A stretch of DNA of 64,000 bases from Octopus sinensis (lineage: Eukaryota), in contig NC_043007.1 in assembly GCF_006345805.1 (NCBI RefSeq), positions 41,664,001 to 41,728,000 of the forward strand, read 5' to 3'. The position numbers and the translations under genes are program-made. The stretch's first letter is position 1, and every line of letters begins with the position of its first letter. Positions 24,705 to 37,552 of this stretch are shown piece by piece. The notes beneath the pieces were generated by a model. That model saw nothing but the letters and a program-made list of their open reading frames with translations, was not told the DNA's origin and ran no database searches.

Positions 24705-25081
24705 CTGGATGTATAAAAGAAAAAGAAAATAATAATTTTTTAAAAAAACTGAAAACAAAGTATGTAAAATGTATAAGCATGGTTGTGTAGTTATGTAGTT
24801 CACTCTACAACTATGTGTTTTAAGTTCAAATCCACAATAAGGGTCAACCAAATTTTTATGAATGAAATGTGGAAGATCTATAGATCTTCCACATTTACTG
24901 TGTTGTGCAGCATTGTAGTCTGTACATGTTTTACATTGCCTTTTCTTTTTTTTTTTTAGAGAGAGAAAGAATCTAGCAAATAGAGAAAAACAGTATGGAA
25001 GTCTGTTGGAAGCAACCCAACAAACAATAGGAAGTCAAATAATTATTTTAAGTAAAAATATATTGGCTTCATTGATATTAC

Positions 25082-25199
25082 CTCAATGATCCGTTTTAGA
25101 ATGGATCGGAACCTTAACGTCAAAGCATCAGCTTTCTTCTTCAATAAACTGTGGCCTTTCTGTGCTCCCTTCAACCTGCCCTTCATCAAGGTCAGGGCC
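25082..25199 (-). CDS. ATP6V1D: V-ATPase subunit D, exon 2 (M-ALTLMKGRLKGAQKGHSLLKKKADALTLRFRSILKRIIE)
   Basis: ttttgcAG acceptor, GTAAT donor, 118 nt. Contains the conserved LLKKK.DAL..RFR motif. Confidence 0.96.
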
Positions 25200-26539
25200 C
25201 TGCAAAATGATGAGTAAGTATAAAATAAGTGGAGAGAAAAAGAAAAAATAAACAAAATCATTTTATTCTTTTATATGTTTCAGCCCTAAGGTGGTGGCCA
25301 TGCTGGGGCACTGAGAAGATAAAATTTTGACCTGTGGCTAACACATACATAAATGTTGTTTATATTGATAAACATATTCAATATAATATTTAAAAACAGA
25401 TATAAAATTAAAAAATGAAATTTATTTTATATTAGAAGCTAGCATTCTTCCTCCTTTAGTAGTTAAATTTAGACTATCTGAAGAGCAAGAATAAGGAAAC
25501 AGTACAGAATGGATCTTCAGTACCTAAACAGGAATGAGATCAATGGAATCTCATAGAGAATGTGTGTGCGCACACGTGCTGATAGAGAAGTCCGTCACAG
25601 CATTATTTAATGTTCATCTTCAATGCTGGTTGGAGTTGGAGCATTTCACAGGATCCAATGGGACTGAGGACTCTTCACCATGCTCCAGTGTCTGTTTTGG
25701 CATGGTTTCTATGGCTGGATGCACTTCCTAAGATCAACCAATTTACAAAGTGTACTGAGAGTTTTTTTCATGGCACCTGCTTACTAAAGTCACCAAACAC
25801 TTCCACTGAGTGAGGTTACAATAAAGAGGAAGGTGCCTTTATGCCAAAAGATAAAAGATTAAGGTATAAAAGAAGGGACTAAAACAGGTTTCTTGCTGCA
25901 GAGGAGCTATATGGCTACTTGCATTAAAGAAGAATGAATAGGAATAACCAAGGAACACAAAAAATAAAGCTGATAGTTTCAGGAGGGAACAGATAGGTAA
26001 CAAATGGAATTGGGAGATATATGAATGAAATTATATTGGTATTGACATGTCATGTAATAGATGATGCAGGAGGGGTGCATTTTAAAGTAGGCAATAGCTA
26101 GGGTAAACATGAGGACTGTGATACATCAAACAATATTGTGTAGTAGACCTAGCAAGCATGAGAGGAATTGATCAGAATGTCAGGAAAGAGATGAATCTTG
26201 GTTGTTATTATTATTCCTCTGTAATACAGTCATCATTATCATCATTGTTTAACGTCCATTTTCCGTGCTAGCATGGGTTGGACAGTTCGACCGGGGTCTG
26301 GGAAGCCAGGAGGCTGCACCAGGCTCCAGTCTGATCTGACAGTGTTTCTACAGCTGGATGCCCTTCCTAACACCAACCGCTCCATGAGTGTAGTGGGTGC
26401 TTTTAACGTGCCACCAGCATAGGTGCCAGGGGAGGCTGGCAACGGCCACGATTGGCTGGTGCTTTTTACATGCCACCAGCACGGTGTGCCAAGGTAAAAA
26501 TGCACCAGAGTCTTTAGTCATCTGTCAAGTCACAAGAAG

Positions 26540-26920
26540 GACCTCAGACAGATAATACTTTCCCTTAAGATGTGCACTGTGCCCAATAAGGCTGCTTTTT
26601 GCAAGACATTAGTCTTGCATGGGATTTCCAGTTGCCTTGAAGTTTCAATGGGATTGAGCCCAACGCTCCAATCACCACTCTCACATTCCATAGTCTTGCC
26701 ATTTCCACTTTCAATTCGGAGTACTTGGTGATTTTTTTCACCCTCTTTACTACTACATGTCATTTGGTATGGCTACATCAATGATCTGACAGTATTTGTC
26801 TCTCTTATTTAATATGATGATATCCAGCCAACAGCGTCTGATTACACAATCCATTTGAAAATCATAGTCACAGAATATCATTACTTTTCTACCCTCCTGC
26901 ATAACTTTGCTTGGTACATG
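26540..26920 (-). mobile_element. R4/Dong-like non-LTR retrotransposon fragment (restriction-like endonuclease domain)
   Basis: Minus-strand translation EHVPSKV..MIFCDYDFQMD..LDIIILNKRDKYCQIIDVAIPND..KEGEK..LQKAALLGTVHILR matches the PD..D..K RLE region and C-terminus of this group. Confidence 0.6.
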
Positions 26921-29900
26921 CTCATTATTATTATTATTATTATTATTATATAATCACATAACCTTCAATGACCTTCAACTACAACATCTGTCATCTAATG
27001 AATATTGAGATTATCAACATAAAAACAGACAATGAAAAGACACAGCAGATCTACAGAAGGAAAGTGAAATTGTTTCAAAGACTCCATGCTAAGAGACTGG
27101 GAAGAACACATAGTGTTCACAGATGTCAGTTGGCTATGATGGTAACACAACAGCTAATTACTCAAATAATTGAATGTTAGACAAATACTATTTCATAAGA
27201 CACACACAGTTATGTTATATATATATATATATAACAAGACAATACTATTGCAGTATCCATATGCAAGCATACACGTACATATCTCAGTATTAGCACTATT
27301 GTAATTGATAGAAAACTCTTATGGAAACAGAGAAGCATTTTGATGTGGAGAGAGAGAGAGAACTCATTAAAGTGGCAAATAGATTTTAACATGCAGAAAG
27401 CTGAGAAATCACAGGAGAGGCAACTTGCCAGCTAAGGTGCGAGTGTGTCTGTGTACATTTAAATTTATTTTGCAAATCATTAGTATATTCTGTGTAAAAT
27501 AAATTTCCTTCATGTGTGTGTGTGTGTAGGGGTGGTGGTGGTTTGTCACCATCATCATTGAATGTTCCTATTTCCATGCTCAGTAGGAACCAACGTACTA
27601 GAGGGCTGTGCCAAGCTCTAATATCTGCTTTGGCATTGTTTCTACAGCTGGATGATCTTCATAATGCCACCCACTTTATAGTGTACTGGGTGCATTTTTT
27701 GTGGCACAAACACTAGTGAGGTTGCCAAAATGCTAACAAGACTGCTTAACTGAGTGGGGTATATAGGTGTATGTGCACACACACACACACACACACAAAC
27801 ATATATATATATGAGAGATAACAAAGGAATAAACGATTATCTTATGAACATCTTTAGCTTACAGCTATTTCCACTATGAGATGCAATGGGCTCATAGTTG
27901 AGTGCCTGAGTAACACCTTATAGCTTGATCAGAGCCTCAAACATGAAGTGTAATTCATTTGAGGAAACAATTACATTTATGCATATACATAGGAAAGCAT
28001 CACCAATGAGAAAGCAGATGTGTGGGAGATGAAATCCAGGGCTCCTTCCATAATTAGGATAGGATTAATTTTAAGATGTGTAAACTGAGGGTATATGCAG
28101 ATGTAGAGACAGAATAAACAGATCTATCAATAGGAATATATGTATACACACAGACACACAAGCGGAGTGAAATCATAGTTACAGCCAATGCTGGTGTCAC
28201 ATAACCGGCATTTGTGCCGGTGGCACATAAAGAGCAGTCTTGGAGTGGTTGGTGTTAGGAAGAGCATCCAGTTGTAGAAACTATGCCAAATCATATTGGA
28301 ACCTGGTGCAGCTCTCCATCTTACCAGGTTCAGTCAAACTATCTAACTCATGCCAGCTTGAAAAGCAGACACTAAATGATGATGATGATATATATATATA
28401 TATATCATCATCATCATTTAGTGTCTGCTTTTCAAGTTCAGAACACTATGTTCTAATAAGCACCATTCATGTGTGGATCACTGCCAAGTGCCACCTGACT
28501 GGTTTCCCATGCCAGCTGCACGTAAAAAGCACCATCTGAACATGGTCGATGCCAGCACCCCACCCCCGACTGGCCCCTGTACCAGTAGTATGTAAAAAGT
28601 ACCATCCAAACGTGGCCAATGCCCGTACCACGTAAAAAGCACCCACAACACTCTCAGAGTGGTTGGCATTTGGAAGGGCATCCAGTTGTAGAAACATTGC
28701 CAGATCAGATTGGAGCCTGGTGTGGCCTCCTGGCTTGCCAATGGAAAACGGATGATAAACAATGATGATGATATATATATATACATATATAAAAACACGT
28801 AAGATCTAGGGACCGAGGTGTAGGAAGAAAGTTAGCTTCAAGCAATTTGTAGTAAATATAAAAAAATCAACTTTCAGGCACAATAGTGGTTTACTGAGAC
28901 AAGGTTGTGGATTCTTTACATATTGAAGAAGAGTAAGTTGGAAAAAAGTTCTTTTTATATTCGACAGTAGGTGAATAGGGTTGCTGGATGTGCAAATAAT
29001 ACAAGAGTTACAGAATAGAGAAGGTAAGATCCTGATTACATATGTTTCATAGCAGACGAAACCTCAGAAGTGGTAAAAATCCAAGCAAGGATATACTGCT
29101 GACTACTCTTCAAGCCAAAGATATCTAGATTAAATTAAAGGTTACATTGTCACAAGGATGTACATGTTGATGATATATTAGTTTTGTGGTTGACTGCGAA
29201 AGCATAAACTCATCTTAACTTCTGCAAAACATACCTTTATAGTAACAGAAACAAGTGCCTATATCTATAGTTATGTTAGTTTTTTATAATTAATTTTGTT
29301 TTCTTTTTTATTATGTTTATTCCTATAATAAAGCACTTGTCACGTACTAGAATTGAGTAAAATAGGCATAAGCATGGTTTTGTGATTAAGAAGGTCACCA
29401 TGTGGCTTCAGGTTCCATCACACTATGCAGCACATTGGGCAAGTGTCTTCTATTATAGCCCTGGCTCAAACATAGCCTTGTGAATTAATCTGGTAGACAG
29501 AAACTGTGTAGAACCTTGATCTCACATCTCCCTCTCTCTCTCTCTCACTTTCCAGACAAGGGAGCCTTGTATTCACCCCTTCAGCAAGACACCTGCTCTT
29601 GTCCCTCTACCTTAGTTCTTTATTCCTCAATACTGCACTCTACTCAGTTGAGATATCTTGTCTTGTAAATGTTTGGTGATCTCACCAGTGCTGGTGCCAT
29701 GTAAAAAGCACCAAGTACACTCTGTGAAGTGGTTGATGTTAGAAAGAGGATCCAGTAGTAGAAATCATGGCACAACAGACATTAGAACTTGGTGCAGCCC
29801 TCTGGAGTATTTATGTCAAATCATCCAACCCAAGCCAGCATAGAACGAAGGATGTTAGATAATGATAATGATATATATATATACGCATATATGTCTGTGT

Positions 29901-30329
29901 TTGTCCCCCAGCCTGTGGTGGTTTCTTTATATCCCCATAACTCAACAGTTTGGTAAAAAAAAAAAAGACCAATAGAATAAGAACACACTTAAAAATAAGT
30001 GGTGCACCAACCAGTATGGCTGTAGTCAAATGATTGAAACAAGATAAAAAATAAAGACAACACCTCATCCACAACAAATTTGCAGCCACCTATTACTGTT
30101 GTCGTTTATATACACATTAATCTAACACCAGTTAATATACAAGTGTACACAGACATACACACAAAAACCTTCAATCTTGTTATATGTTAGATCACTCCCA
30201 ATCACTAATGATCACAGCGTAACAAAAAGCTTCAATCTAAAGACTGTCTCCTTTAGAGCTAGAAAATACTTCAACTCCTAACGACTGCTAACTCTTGACT
30301 AGGATCAAACAAAATCCACAAAAGAATGT

Positions 30330-30560
30330 TGCTTTCACATCTGGAGCAATGATACTGCTCTTGGGCATCCAGAAAATGGCCACTCAACTGTCTCATTGAG
30401 TTGATCAACACACTCCAATCTTTGGCCTGCAGACATTTTTTTTTTTTTGGCTCTGCTTTTCCTACTATAATCTTTATTTATGCAAGCCAGCTGGTCTTGT
30501 GAGTTCCCTCACAGATCTACATAACTCAATTGCCTGTCCGCCTCCTCTCATAACCAATGG
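30330..30560 (-). mobile_element. Degenerate R4/Dong-like fragment (CCHC region)
   Basis: Minus strand gives C..QLNETVE...SGCP, resembling the C..C...ET..H..S.C motif upstream of RLE domains. Confidence 0.35.
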
Positions 30561-31564
30561 CCTGCAATAACTACTATTATTTTAAGTTCTTCCCTCTCAG
30601 AACATCATCCAGCCTTAGAATCTCCACCTTGGATGTTTTTTTTCCAATAGTCATTGGTTTGCAGTTGTTCAAAAGGAAACAACAACCACATAGATCTTAC
30701 CTGCCTCAGACGATCTGTAAAGGGCTATGGTCATAGACCTTTCTCCTGACTAAACAAAACTAAAAATTCTCACGGGAGAACCAAGAAACCTTGACTTGCT
30801 AGAAATAGCAGACAGATTTCCCTAATTCCTACCTACTACCTAAAAAGAGGATACATTGGATAGGGTAGTATTTGATACATAATACCTGAAAGTAAAAGCT
30901 ACGATGGTCATTGTTGGAATGCTTTGATCATAGGACTACTGAATCAGTGCTGAGTTTGCACTAAACAATAAAAAAATAAGCTTCTACGTTGTCTTTCGCT
31001 CAGCTAAAAACATTAGCCAAAACTACGTCAAATCAATTGCTACCGTCAAAAACAAAGCAGGATACATTGGGTGCCCTAGATAATCTCTGAAAACAGGACG
31101 GGGTGATGACCGGTGGAACGATTTAGATCGTAAGTCTGTAGAATCAGATTGACCTAAGACTAAATAATCCTTTCTACTATAGGCACAAGACCTGAAATTT
31201 TGTGGGAGGGGAATAGTCGATTACATCGTCTCCAGTGTTTCACCGAACCCGAAAGGATGAAAGGCAAAGTCGACCTCGGCGGCATTTGACATAAGAACTA
31301 GATTGATGGACGCACTATGACCTTACATACTTTAGACAAATTATGAAGAGAAAGGCAAAAAGCAATGTTTATAGATTAAAAAATAAAGCTTTGTATTTAA
31401 GAGAAAAAGACTCTGCTATGACTGAAACGTAACATCAAATCATTAGAAGAAAAAAAAATACGAAACGAAAATTCATTCGATTTAACCTTAATAGATTCTG
31501 CTGTTTATAATATATAAACGGTACAAATTGTTGTCACACCTTTATCTCAAGTGCATGACTTTAG

Positions 31565-31600
<36 letters not shown>

Positions 31601-32433
31601 AGAAAGAGAGATTAGACAATCTGGATTTTTACAGATCAATGTCGCTTCCAATTTCCTTCCGTGACTATTAAATATCTTCGCAACTTTATAATGGGCATGT
31701 ATATATTTCAGTGTGTATCCGTACAAGTGCAAGCGCTCGCTGGCTGGCGTTTTCTATAAACTTCACAGCAGACTAATCGACTTGAGCAACTTCTAAAATT
31801 CACTTACTGAAACAATGACCGCCACACAAGCACATCTTACATATCAATCGGCCGGAAACTATAGCACTGTAAGATATTCACCTTAACTGTGTATAAATAC
31901 ACACTGGAATACCTTAGCATGAAGAAGTTAAAGAGCTTGTTTTATATCTACACTATATAGTTAACTCTCTTTCAATGAGTATTCAATGACAAAAACAGAT
32001 GATAATACACAGCAAAGGCAGGCTATGAGAAACATATATCCTTGTCAATACAAAAGAATGGAAATAGTTATTAAAACAACATTGAATTAATTATATCTAC
32101 AGTTAAGGAACTAGGTTTTCAACAGTTATTTACTCATTTACTCGAATTTCGTGTTTAGCAAAACAATATTTCACCTTTTTTATATCTGCATATGATGTAT
32201 ACACAGGTACGTGAAAGAGAAACAAATGAATCCATACACGGATGCATACATTCGCATAAATGCTTTAATCCATTGCCACACCAACGACGTTGACTCAATT
32301 ATACAAATATGTGTGTGTGTCTAAGACAAGATAGATATCTGTAAGAATGTCGCATTATTTGAGTGGGTGTGTTTATATAGATATACACATAATCGTTGGA
32401 ATCTGTGAAGACAAGACGTAAAGAAACACTTAC

Positions 32434-32468
32434 ATTCTAGATGGAAATACGTTAAGGCGGTCACTCAT
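32434..32468 (-). CDS. ATP6V1D: V-type proton ATPase subunit D, coding exon 1 (MSDRLNVFPSR + AT)
   Basis: ATG at 32468 in the context cctgccaaaATG. 35 nt ending in phase 2 at a GTAAGT donor. Matches the conserved N-terminal ..FPSRM of V-ATPase D. Confidence 0.9.
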
Positions 32469-32694
32469 TTTGGCAGGACTGTTATACTTTGATGTTATTC
32501 AACAGAGGAGATAGATACAAGAACACTGGGAGTCTACGAAATGAAGTCTTTGAAGAAAACAACCACCTGATGTTGGCTTTACTTTGTCACATGATCCGGT
32601 GTCGCTCCAGTTTAGTCTCTCTTGTATTAATTGATCACCATTGCAGCTATTTAGTCAATAGAAAGTACTCAAAATTCTCTCTTTCTCTCTTCCT

Positions 32695-32710
32695 TCTCTC
32701 TCTCGATATA

Positions 32711-32806
<96 letters not shown>

Positions 32807-32811
32807 GTAGG

Positions 32812-32869
<58 letters not shown>

Positions 32870-32870
32870 T
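32695..32870. repeat. Compound microsatellite (TA)n(GA)n(GATA)n just upstream of ATP6V1D
   Basis: Read directly from the sequence. Confidence 0.95.
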
Positions 32871-33394
32871 ATCACTCTTTCCTATAAGAACCAATAAAGA
32901 AATTCCCAAATGGTCCCTTGATCTGCTCGAAATAGCAGTTAAATATCCTTTTAATCAGATTGTACCTTTTGAAAAAAAGTAACAACATTGGCGATCGTAG
33001 TCAACTGGCAGAGTCATTAGAGTGCCGAACAGAAAGTTTCGCAGTAATTGTTCCGACTCATTTCTCCTTCTGTTTATATCCTGACGAAATCATCATCATC
33101 ATCATTTAGCGTCCGTTGTCCATGCTGGCATGGGTTGGACGGTAGGACCAGAGCTGGCAAGCTGGGGAGCTACACCAGACTCCAGTCTGATTTGGCATGG
33201 TTTCTACGGCTGGATGCCCTTCCTAACACTGACCATTTTACAGAGTGTACTGGGTGCTTTTATTGGCACAGTACGAGCGCCTTTACGTGGTGCCACACGA
33301 AAGCTTTTATGTGGCACTGCATGGGCACTTTTATGTGACACTGCAAGAACGCTTTTACATGACACCACACAGGCTTTTTATGTGGCACTGTACT

Positions 33395-34800
33395 CTATAA
33401 AGAAGAAAAGTTTTGCCTGTACCCCCGGGTACATCAATAAATACCAAACCACCTTTATTTCTATCAATTTTCTGTTGAATATTTTCAAAAATGATTCTCT
33501 GGTCATTATTTAGCATATAGATGTTAGCATTGAACAATTCTCCTGCATTTGGATCCATCTCATCTTCATGAAGTAGAACATTATTCATTCAGAGACCATG
33601 AATAGCAGCAGGCAATCCAAAAGATATTATACTATGGTCATGCTGACCCATGTAATGATCCAGTTCACACAGCATTTCATTCAGAGCAATATCCATAGCT
33701 GTTTCATGAGGAAAATTGTGTTGTCTCATTTGATGGAAGTAATCTTGGCAAAGATCTTCGCAAAACATGTTGTATAATTCTAGTGGTCTGGATGGAGAGC
33801 AAAACTGAAGAATACTAACAAACAAATTTTATAAATCATTTGTTGAACATATTGTTTATCAACAACAATTTCTCTATTTTCAATACGTATTGAAGCTCTG
33901 AAGCCACCATCTCAAGGGTTTTGGAAACGATATTGTGGATAAGAATCATTTCCAATTAAGGTTTGTGATCTGTAATCTTTTGGATATCTTTTACTGCAAA
34001 CACCATTCACCATGCAGGGAGAATTTGAATTATCTTTTCTGCAGGGTCCATGTATCATGTGTTTCTTCACCAAGTATTAAATGGGTTTTGGGGATTGGAA
34101 AGTACAGCTGCAATAATTTTATTAATTTCTTGCCATGTGTGGTGATGATTTTGTATTATGAATAAGAAATAGCAATGAGGTAATCATCTTTTTTGAAATT
34201 CCACTGTGTTCACATGAGAAATAAGTTTCTCAGGGACTACTGATTTGATATTGTGCAATAGTTGCTGTTGCTTTAATCTGAATACTCTTGCAGTGATATC
34301 TGGTCAATCAGCTGCTGTCTGGCCCACAAAGCTCGTTAACTATTTCATGCCATTTTGGGTTGCATGTAAAAGTCAGAAATAAAAGTAGGTTTGCCAAACT
34401 TTCTATGGCCATTGCATCCTGGTAGTGCTTAGACATATATCGTGGACTTCCTGTAAATGAACTTGGCAATATATATATCTATGACCTGTACGATCAGTAT
34501 CACCTGCAAGTATAGCATCTTGTAAGCCATTATATAAATCAGCTCTTAAGGTTGCTTGATTGTTACAAGCATAGTGTAGATGGGTGGATTGTACTTTAGC
34601 AATTTGATCTACACAGCATTGCTGAAACAAACGCTGACCTAATTGCAATATATTTGTAGATCCTGTTCTTTTCATGATGCGATAACAATAAAATTGAACT
34701 ATTGAAATTTGACGGTTGCCATTTTCATTCATTAATCCAAGGTGCCACCCATCTAGACCAGAAGGATAAAACACAGGTACATCACTGAGTCACCAAATCT
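33395..34800 (-). mobile_element. Degenerate autonomous Helitron Rep/helicase fragment
   Basis: 34403-34774 resembles Helitron Rep N-terminal region (RLFQQ..VD..AKV.....Y...NQATLRADLYNGLQDA). 33589-33825 gives ILQFCSPSRP. 33355-33588 gives FIDVPGGTGKTFLL (PIF1-type Walker A). Confidence 0.8.
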
Positions 34801-35335
34801 TCTCAGATGCAAAAGCCTTTGTATCAATGATGGAAGTTTTATCTTACCTTTTTGCTGAATTCACAAACTGACTGGTGGGAATAAAATGACCTGTTAATTT
34901 TCATCTCTGCTCATATATATACATGTGTGTATGTGTGCATTACCAGTATCATAAATCTCTGTCTATCTATCTATCTATCTCTTTCTTTTTCTCCTTCCCC
35001 TTCTCAACTCTACTTCTCTACCTCCCCCTCTCTTTCTAACTCTACTTCTCCTCTATCTAATTACTGATGGCTTCGGACAGACGAGGCTCTTATTATAGCA
35101 TAAGATTACTATCGTTATTAAGGAGGGAGCTGGCAGAATCGTTAACCTGCTAGGAAAAATGCTTTGCAGGATTTTATCCATTTTTACATTGAGTTCAAAT
35201 TCCGCCAAGGTCAACTTTACCTTTCATCCTTTTGTGATCAATAAAATAGGTACCTGTTGAACACTGAGGTCAATGTAATCGACTTACCCCTTCTCCCAAC
35301 ATTTACTGACCTTGTGCCAAAATTTAAAACCGTTA

Positions 35336-35930
35336 TTATTACCTCTGCCTTAGCGAAGGCGGAGGTATTGTTTTCAGTCATATTTGTTTGTTTGTTTTTC
35401 CATGGACAAGATATCTCAAGAACCACTGGATGGATTCGGATGAAACTTTCAGGGATGTTTGGCCTCGTGACTCGTACGAACTGATTAAATTTTGGGATCG
35501 ATCTGGTACCAGACAAAAATTCTGAATTGTTTGTTATATTTACTTTACATGATTACGATTTTACGTTAACTTTCAAGTCTTTCTCGGTTATCTCCCTTTA
35601 GCTTGTAACTATTTTGAATGGTGAATTTGTTAACTTTGGCTTGTATTAGATAAAGATAAACTATTTATTACTGTTACTAAATTTTCTACAGTACCTTCAC
35701 ATTCCATGACTACTATTGGGATCGATCAGGTACCGGACAAGGATTCTGGATTATTTTTGCATTTTTTTTACTTAATTCTTGTGAGCAGTCAGTTTCATTT
35801 TTAGTATTCTTGTTTGTGAGAGCAATTGAGTTTATTTCAGATATTCTCATTTTAAAAATCATCTCTGGCTAATTGTTGAGAGGATGTTGGTGTTTCCTTG
35901 GGGGAGGTTTGCACTCGCTTAGTGTTCTTG
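35336..35930 (+). mobile_element. Helentron-associated (HINE/DINE-1-like) non-autonomous element
   Basis: ttattacctctgcc..aaggcggaggtattgttttcagt head with short inverted repeat and (GTTT)n core, 3' stem-loop ggaggtttgcactcgcttagtg, T-rich flanks. Confidence 0.6.
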
Positions 35931-35945
35931 TTATTATTGCTGTTA

Positions 35946-36439
35946 ACTCCACCGTAGCAAAGGTGGAGGTATTATTTTCAGTTGTGTTTATTTGTTTGTC
36001 CATGGACATGATATCTCATGAACCACTGGATGATTTCGGAAGAACCTTTCAGGGATGTTTGGCCTCGTGTCTGGCATGAACAGTTAAATTTTGGGATCAA
36101 TCCAGTTCCAGACAAGGATTTGGGGTTATTTTTTTATATTGTCTTTACTTTACATGTAAAGTTTCACATACTTTTCATGTACACGCACACATATACTCAC
36201 ACATTTTCAGTGTTGAACATTACCATCCCATTTCTATTGTACACACACACACACACACACACACATACACACATACATGCATATCTCTCTTTTACACACA
36301 CATATACTCACACTTCAGACACCATTTATCGGCTTTTTCACTCCTTCCCTTGTTATTCATCTGTCACCCCTTCCTTTCTCATTCATACAATGCTCTCTTT
36401 GCCATTTATCTCCTCTACCTTCACCTCTCACTCTGGCTC

Positions 36440-36516
<77 letters not shown>

Positions 36517-36825
36517 ATATGTATGTATATACACACACACACATATATAAAAAGACAATGCTCATTATTTTATTAGGAGATTATTACATACATTTTAACA
36601 CTTTACAGTATACTTATGTATATATATAATTCTATACATCGATCTAATACAACAGGATTACTAAAGAAAAACTGAAATTGAAGAGAAGAGAAAACCAAAA
36701 GTTCTCATGATATTCATTGAAGGATTTTATTTCAGATATTCTCATTTTAAAAATCATCTCCGGTTAATCAATAAGAGGATGTTGGTGTTGCATTGGTGGA
36801 AGTTTGCGCTCTCTGAGTGCTTTTG
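35946..36825 (+). mobile_element. Second HINE-like copy interrupted by (CA)n/(TA)n microsatellites
   Basis: Head and gatttttatttcagatattctcattttaaaaatcatctc tail homologous to 35336-35930. Confidence 0.55.
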
Positions 36826-37199
36826 TTATTCATTATTTTGATATCTACTTTACCATGCTTGTATGTTTTGGTTGGAGTTTATTGAGGCAGATTTTCTATG
36901 GCTGGGTGCTTTTCCTGTTCCCAACCCTTACCTGTTTCCAAGTAAGGTACTTTTCAATGGCCAATCAATGTAAGTCAACAGATACCATCAATTTTGAAGC
37001 ATTCATTTACCAACTGATTCTCAATGCACTATTTAAAACCTTTATATTATGCCAAAGGTTTACTTCTGGCACAAACTGAACAGACATGCCACATAGCATG
37101 CAGCCATATGTATCAATGTTCCATCAACACCTCCTGAAATTTGATCTCACCACTTTTTATCTCACCTTCTTTGGTCTTAGTCAACTACTAAAACGATAA

Positions 37200-37505
37200 A
37201 CGGCACCCTTTTCAAGCCTAGCCAGGCTCATGGGCCTGGTTTCCCGGTTTCTGTGGTGTATGTGTTCCCCCCAGCTGGACGGGACACCAGTCCATCCCAG
37301 CGTTACTCAAGAAACAGGAAGAGAGAGTGAGAGAAAGTTATGGCGAAAGAGTACAAGGGTTGCCACCACCTCCTGCCGGAGCCTCATGGAGCTTTTTTAG
37401 GTGTTTTCACTCTATAAACACACACAACGCCCAGTCTGGGAATCAAAACCGCGATCCTCCGACCGTGAGTCCGCTGCCATAACCACTGGGCCATTGCACC
37501 TCCAA
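37200..37505 (-). mobile_element. tRNA-derived SINE
   Basis: Minus-strand head ggaggtgcaatggcccagtggtta...gcggttttgattccc with A/B-box spacing. Confidence 0.6.
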
Positions 37506-37552
37506 GTCAACTGCTGGTACTCCACATATGGGACATTTCCAGCCAGTACTCA

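Larger units (their letters stand above)
23890..28790. mobile_element. Cluster of short RTE-tail copies (23890-24090, 24330-24425, 25620-25800, 26245-26500, 27590-27740, 28180-28390, 28400-28790)
   Basis: All share ttctacagctggatgcccttcctaacgccaaccact..gtgtagtgggtgcttttta with the RTE 3' UTR; several keep (GAT)n/(CAT)n tails. More copies at 17150-17310, 29660-29870, 33085-33390, 40320-40720, 58460-58850, 59370-59640. Confidence 0.75.

Noticed and set aside
32489-32909. ORFs next to the ATP6V1D start as a divergent gene
   Set aside because: They run into (TA)n/(GA)n/(GATA)n and are better explained as 5' UTR/promoter plus microsatellite.
34848-34890. 43-nt minus-strand AG/GTAAG segment upstream of ATP6V1D
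   Set aside because: Could be a 5' UTR exon, but it borders the Helitron remnant and has no independent support.
36941-36980. AG...GTAAGT exon-like segment
   Set aside because: The acceptor side is part of a dispersed repeat also present at about 15040-15070.
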